Shown here one piece after another: positions 62,691 to 64,000 of a stretch of 64,000 bases of DNA. Made by a program: the position numbers and the translations under genes. The number at the start of each line of letters is the position of its first letter. Position 1 is the stretch's first letter. Origin of the DNA: Octopus sinensis (lineage: Eukaryota); contig NC_043003.1 of assembly GCF_006345805.1 (NCBI RefSeq), positions 7,998,001 to 8,062,000 on the forward strand, given 5' to 3'. The notes under the pieces were generated by a model. That model made no database searches and was not told where the DNA came from. It worked only from the letters and a program-made list of their open reading frames with translations.

Positions 62691-64000
62691 CAATTATTAT
62701 GATTATTATTATTATTATTATTATAATGATGATCATGATAATGATGATGATAATGACGATCGTGATGTTGATGGTGATGATGATGATTTCACATTCACGA
62801 GTCTAAAATAACATTGTAAGGAGAGAAAAGTCAATAATATGAAACTGTAGTATTTTAGCGATGCGGAAAATCGAAAACCGTTTATCGACGTCAGCTGGAT
62901 TTGAAATCACAAAATATAATTACAATCGCAGAAACAGAATAACGCTAAAATGTTTGATTGATGAATTAATAAAACCAGATTTAAAGAAAAAATTATCATC
63001 ATTTATTGTATGCAGATACTTTATAAATATTAAATTTCTGAATAATTATAATCAAAATTTAATAAACAAATTCTTGACAAGTCTGTCATTTATTTTGTTT
63101 AATATTTTTAATCATACTGTCAGCAGTCTTATTCTAATATTTATTTTTACCAATAACACAAAGACAAATATCTATGGGAAGTGGTTAAGTCTATTAAATA
63201 GACGTCACTGCATCATTCCTGCTTATTTTATATGACATGAAAGAATGGAAGCCAACGTCATCCTCAGCGGAAGCTCTTTCTTCTTAAGCGGATATTAACC
63301 TTTGCCATTGTTACTGACCTGCAAATAAACACTGCTAATTTCTAAATGATTCAGAATTTACATTTTCCTTTTAGATATGACATAAATAACAATAGGATTC
63401 ACATCTTGAGAAGAGAATACTGAAGTGGCAAAATGTCACAGATTCTTCAAATATTCTAATGATTTGTCTTAATTATGAAGAATCATTACAACGTTGGTTC
63501 ATAGTTAAATGGCATTTTCCTAGCAGTGAATCAGTGAATCAATACAAAAGCAACGAATACTTTTTAATACCATACAATCACCACCATCACCACCATCCGC
63601 AACATCACCACCATCACCTCTAGGAAATATTCTTGGTAGCTGTAGCTAATTATATTCATAACAGAATTTAAATAATCAATGCTTCCGACTTAGCTAACTT
63701 TTACATCACAGATATCTATAATGCCCGTCTGAGAGGACAAGGAATCCAGTCTGAGCTGCAAAGATTATTATTTACAATAAATTAAGCTGTTTTCCTGGTT
63801 TCCTTGTACAGATCATAGAATTCTCTACTGATGCAACGTTTCCGATTTCGTTGGATTTGGGGTACAATACCAACTAATCGATTGTAATAAAGTGTATTGA
63901 TAAATTTATTTTGACACTTCTTGCGAAATTCTTTGATAAAGAAATAACGATCATCACCCTCATTATAGAGACTAAATTATATAAATATTTTCATTCCTGT

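Overview
AT-rich eukaryotic non-coding DNA (intergenic or a large intron). I found no supportable host protein-coding gene; nearly all ORF-track entries are microsatellite or SINE translations. The repeat landscape (dense tRNA-derived SINEs, huge (TA)n/(GATA)n/(AAT)n tracts) looks like an octopus/coleoid cephalopod genome, which is an inference from repeat style only. Contents: (i) about 50 copies of three tRNA-headed SINE groups (called A, B, C here), including multimeric and domain-shuffled forms; (ii) decayed Penelope-like (RT thumb + GIY-YIG), R4/Dong-like and CR1 retroelement fragments, hAT/Chapaev transposase relics, MITEs and DINE-1/Helentron-like elements; (iii) about 7 type I hammerhead-ribozyme (HHR) motifs in at least 5 unrelated sequence contexts, mostly next to (TA)n. 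The HHR set is the most notable signal. It includes a tRNA-cloverleaf (Pol III promoter) + hammerhead chimera at 44.3-44.5 kb, a 587-bp retrozyme-like unit with a canonical HHR and a 63-bp terminal redundancy at 54.9-55.6 kb, and an internally deleted Penelope-like mini-element with two HHRs at 6.3-6.8 kb. Coordinates were counted by hand and degenerate boundaries are approximate.
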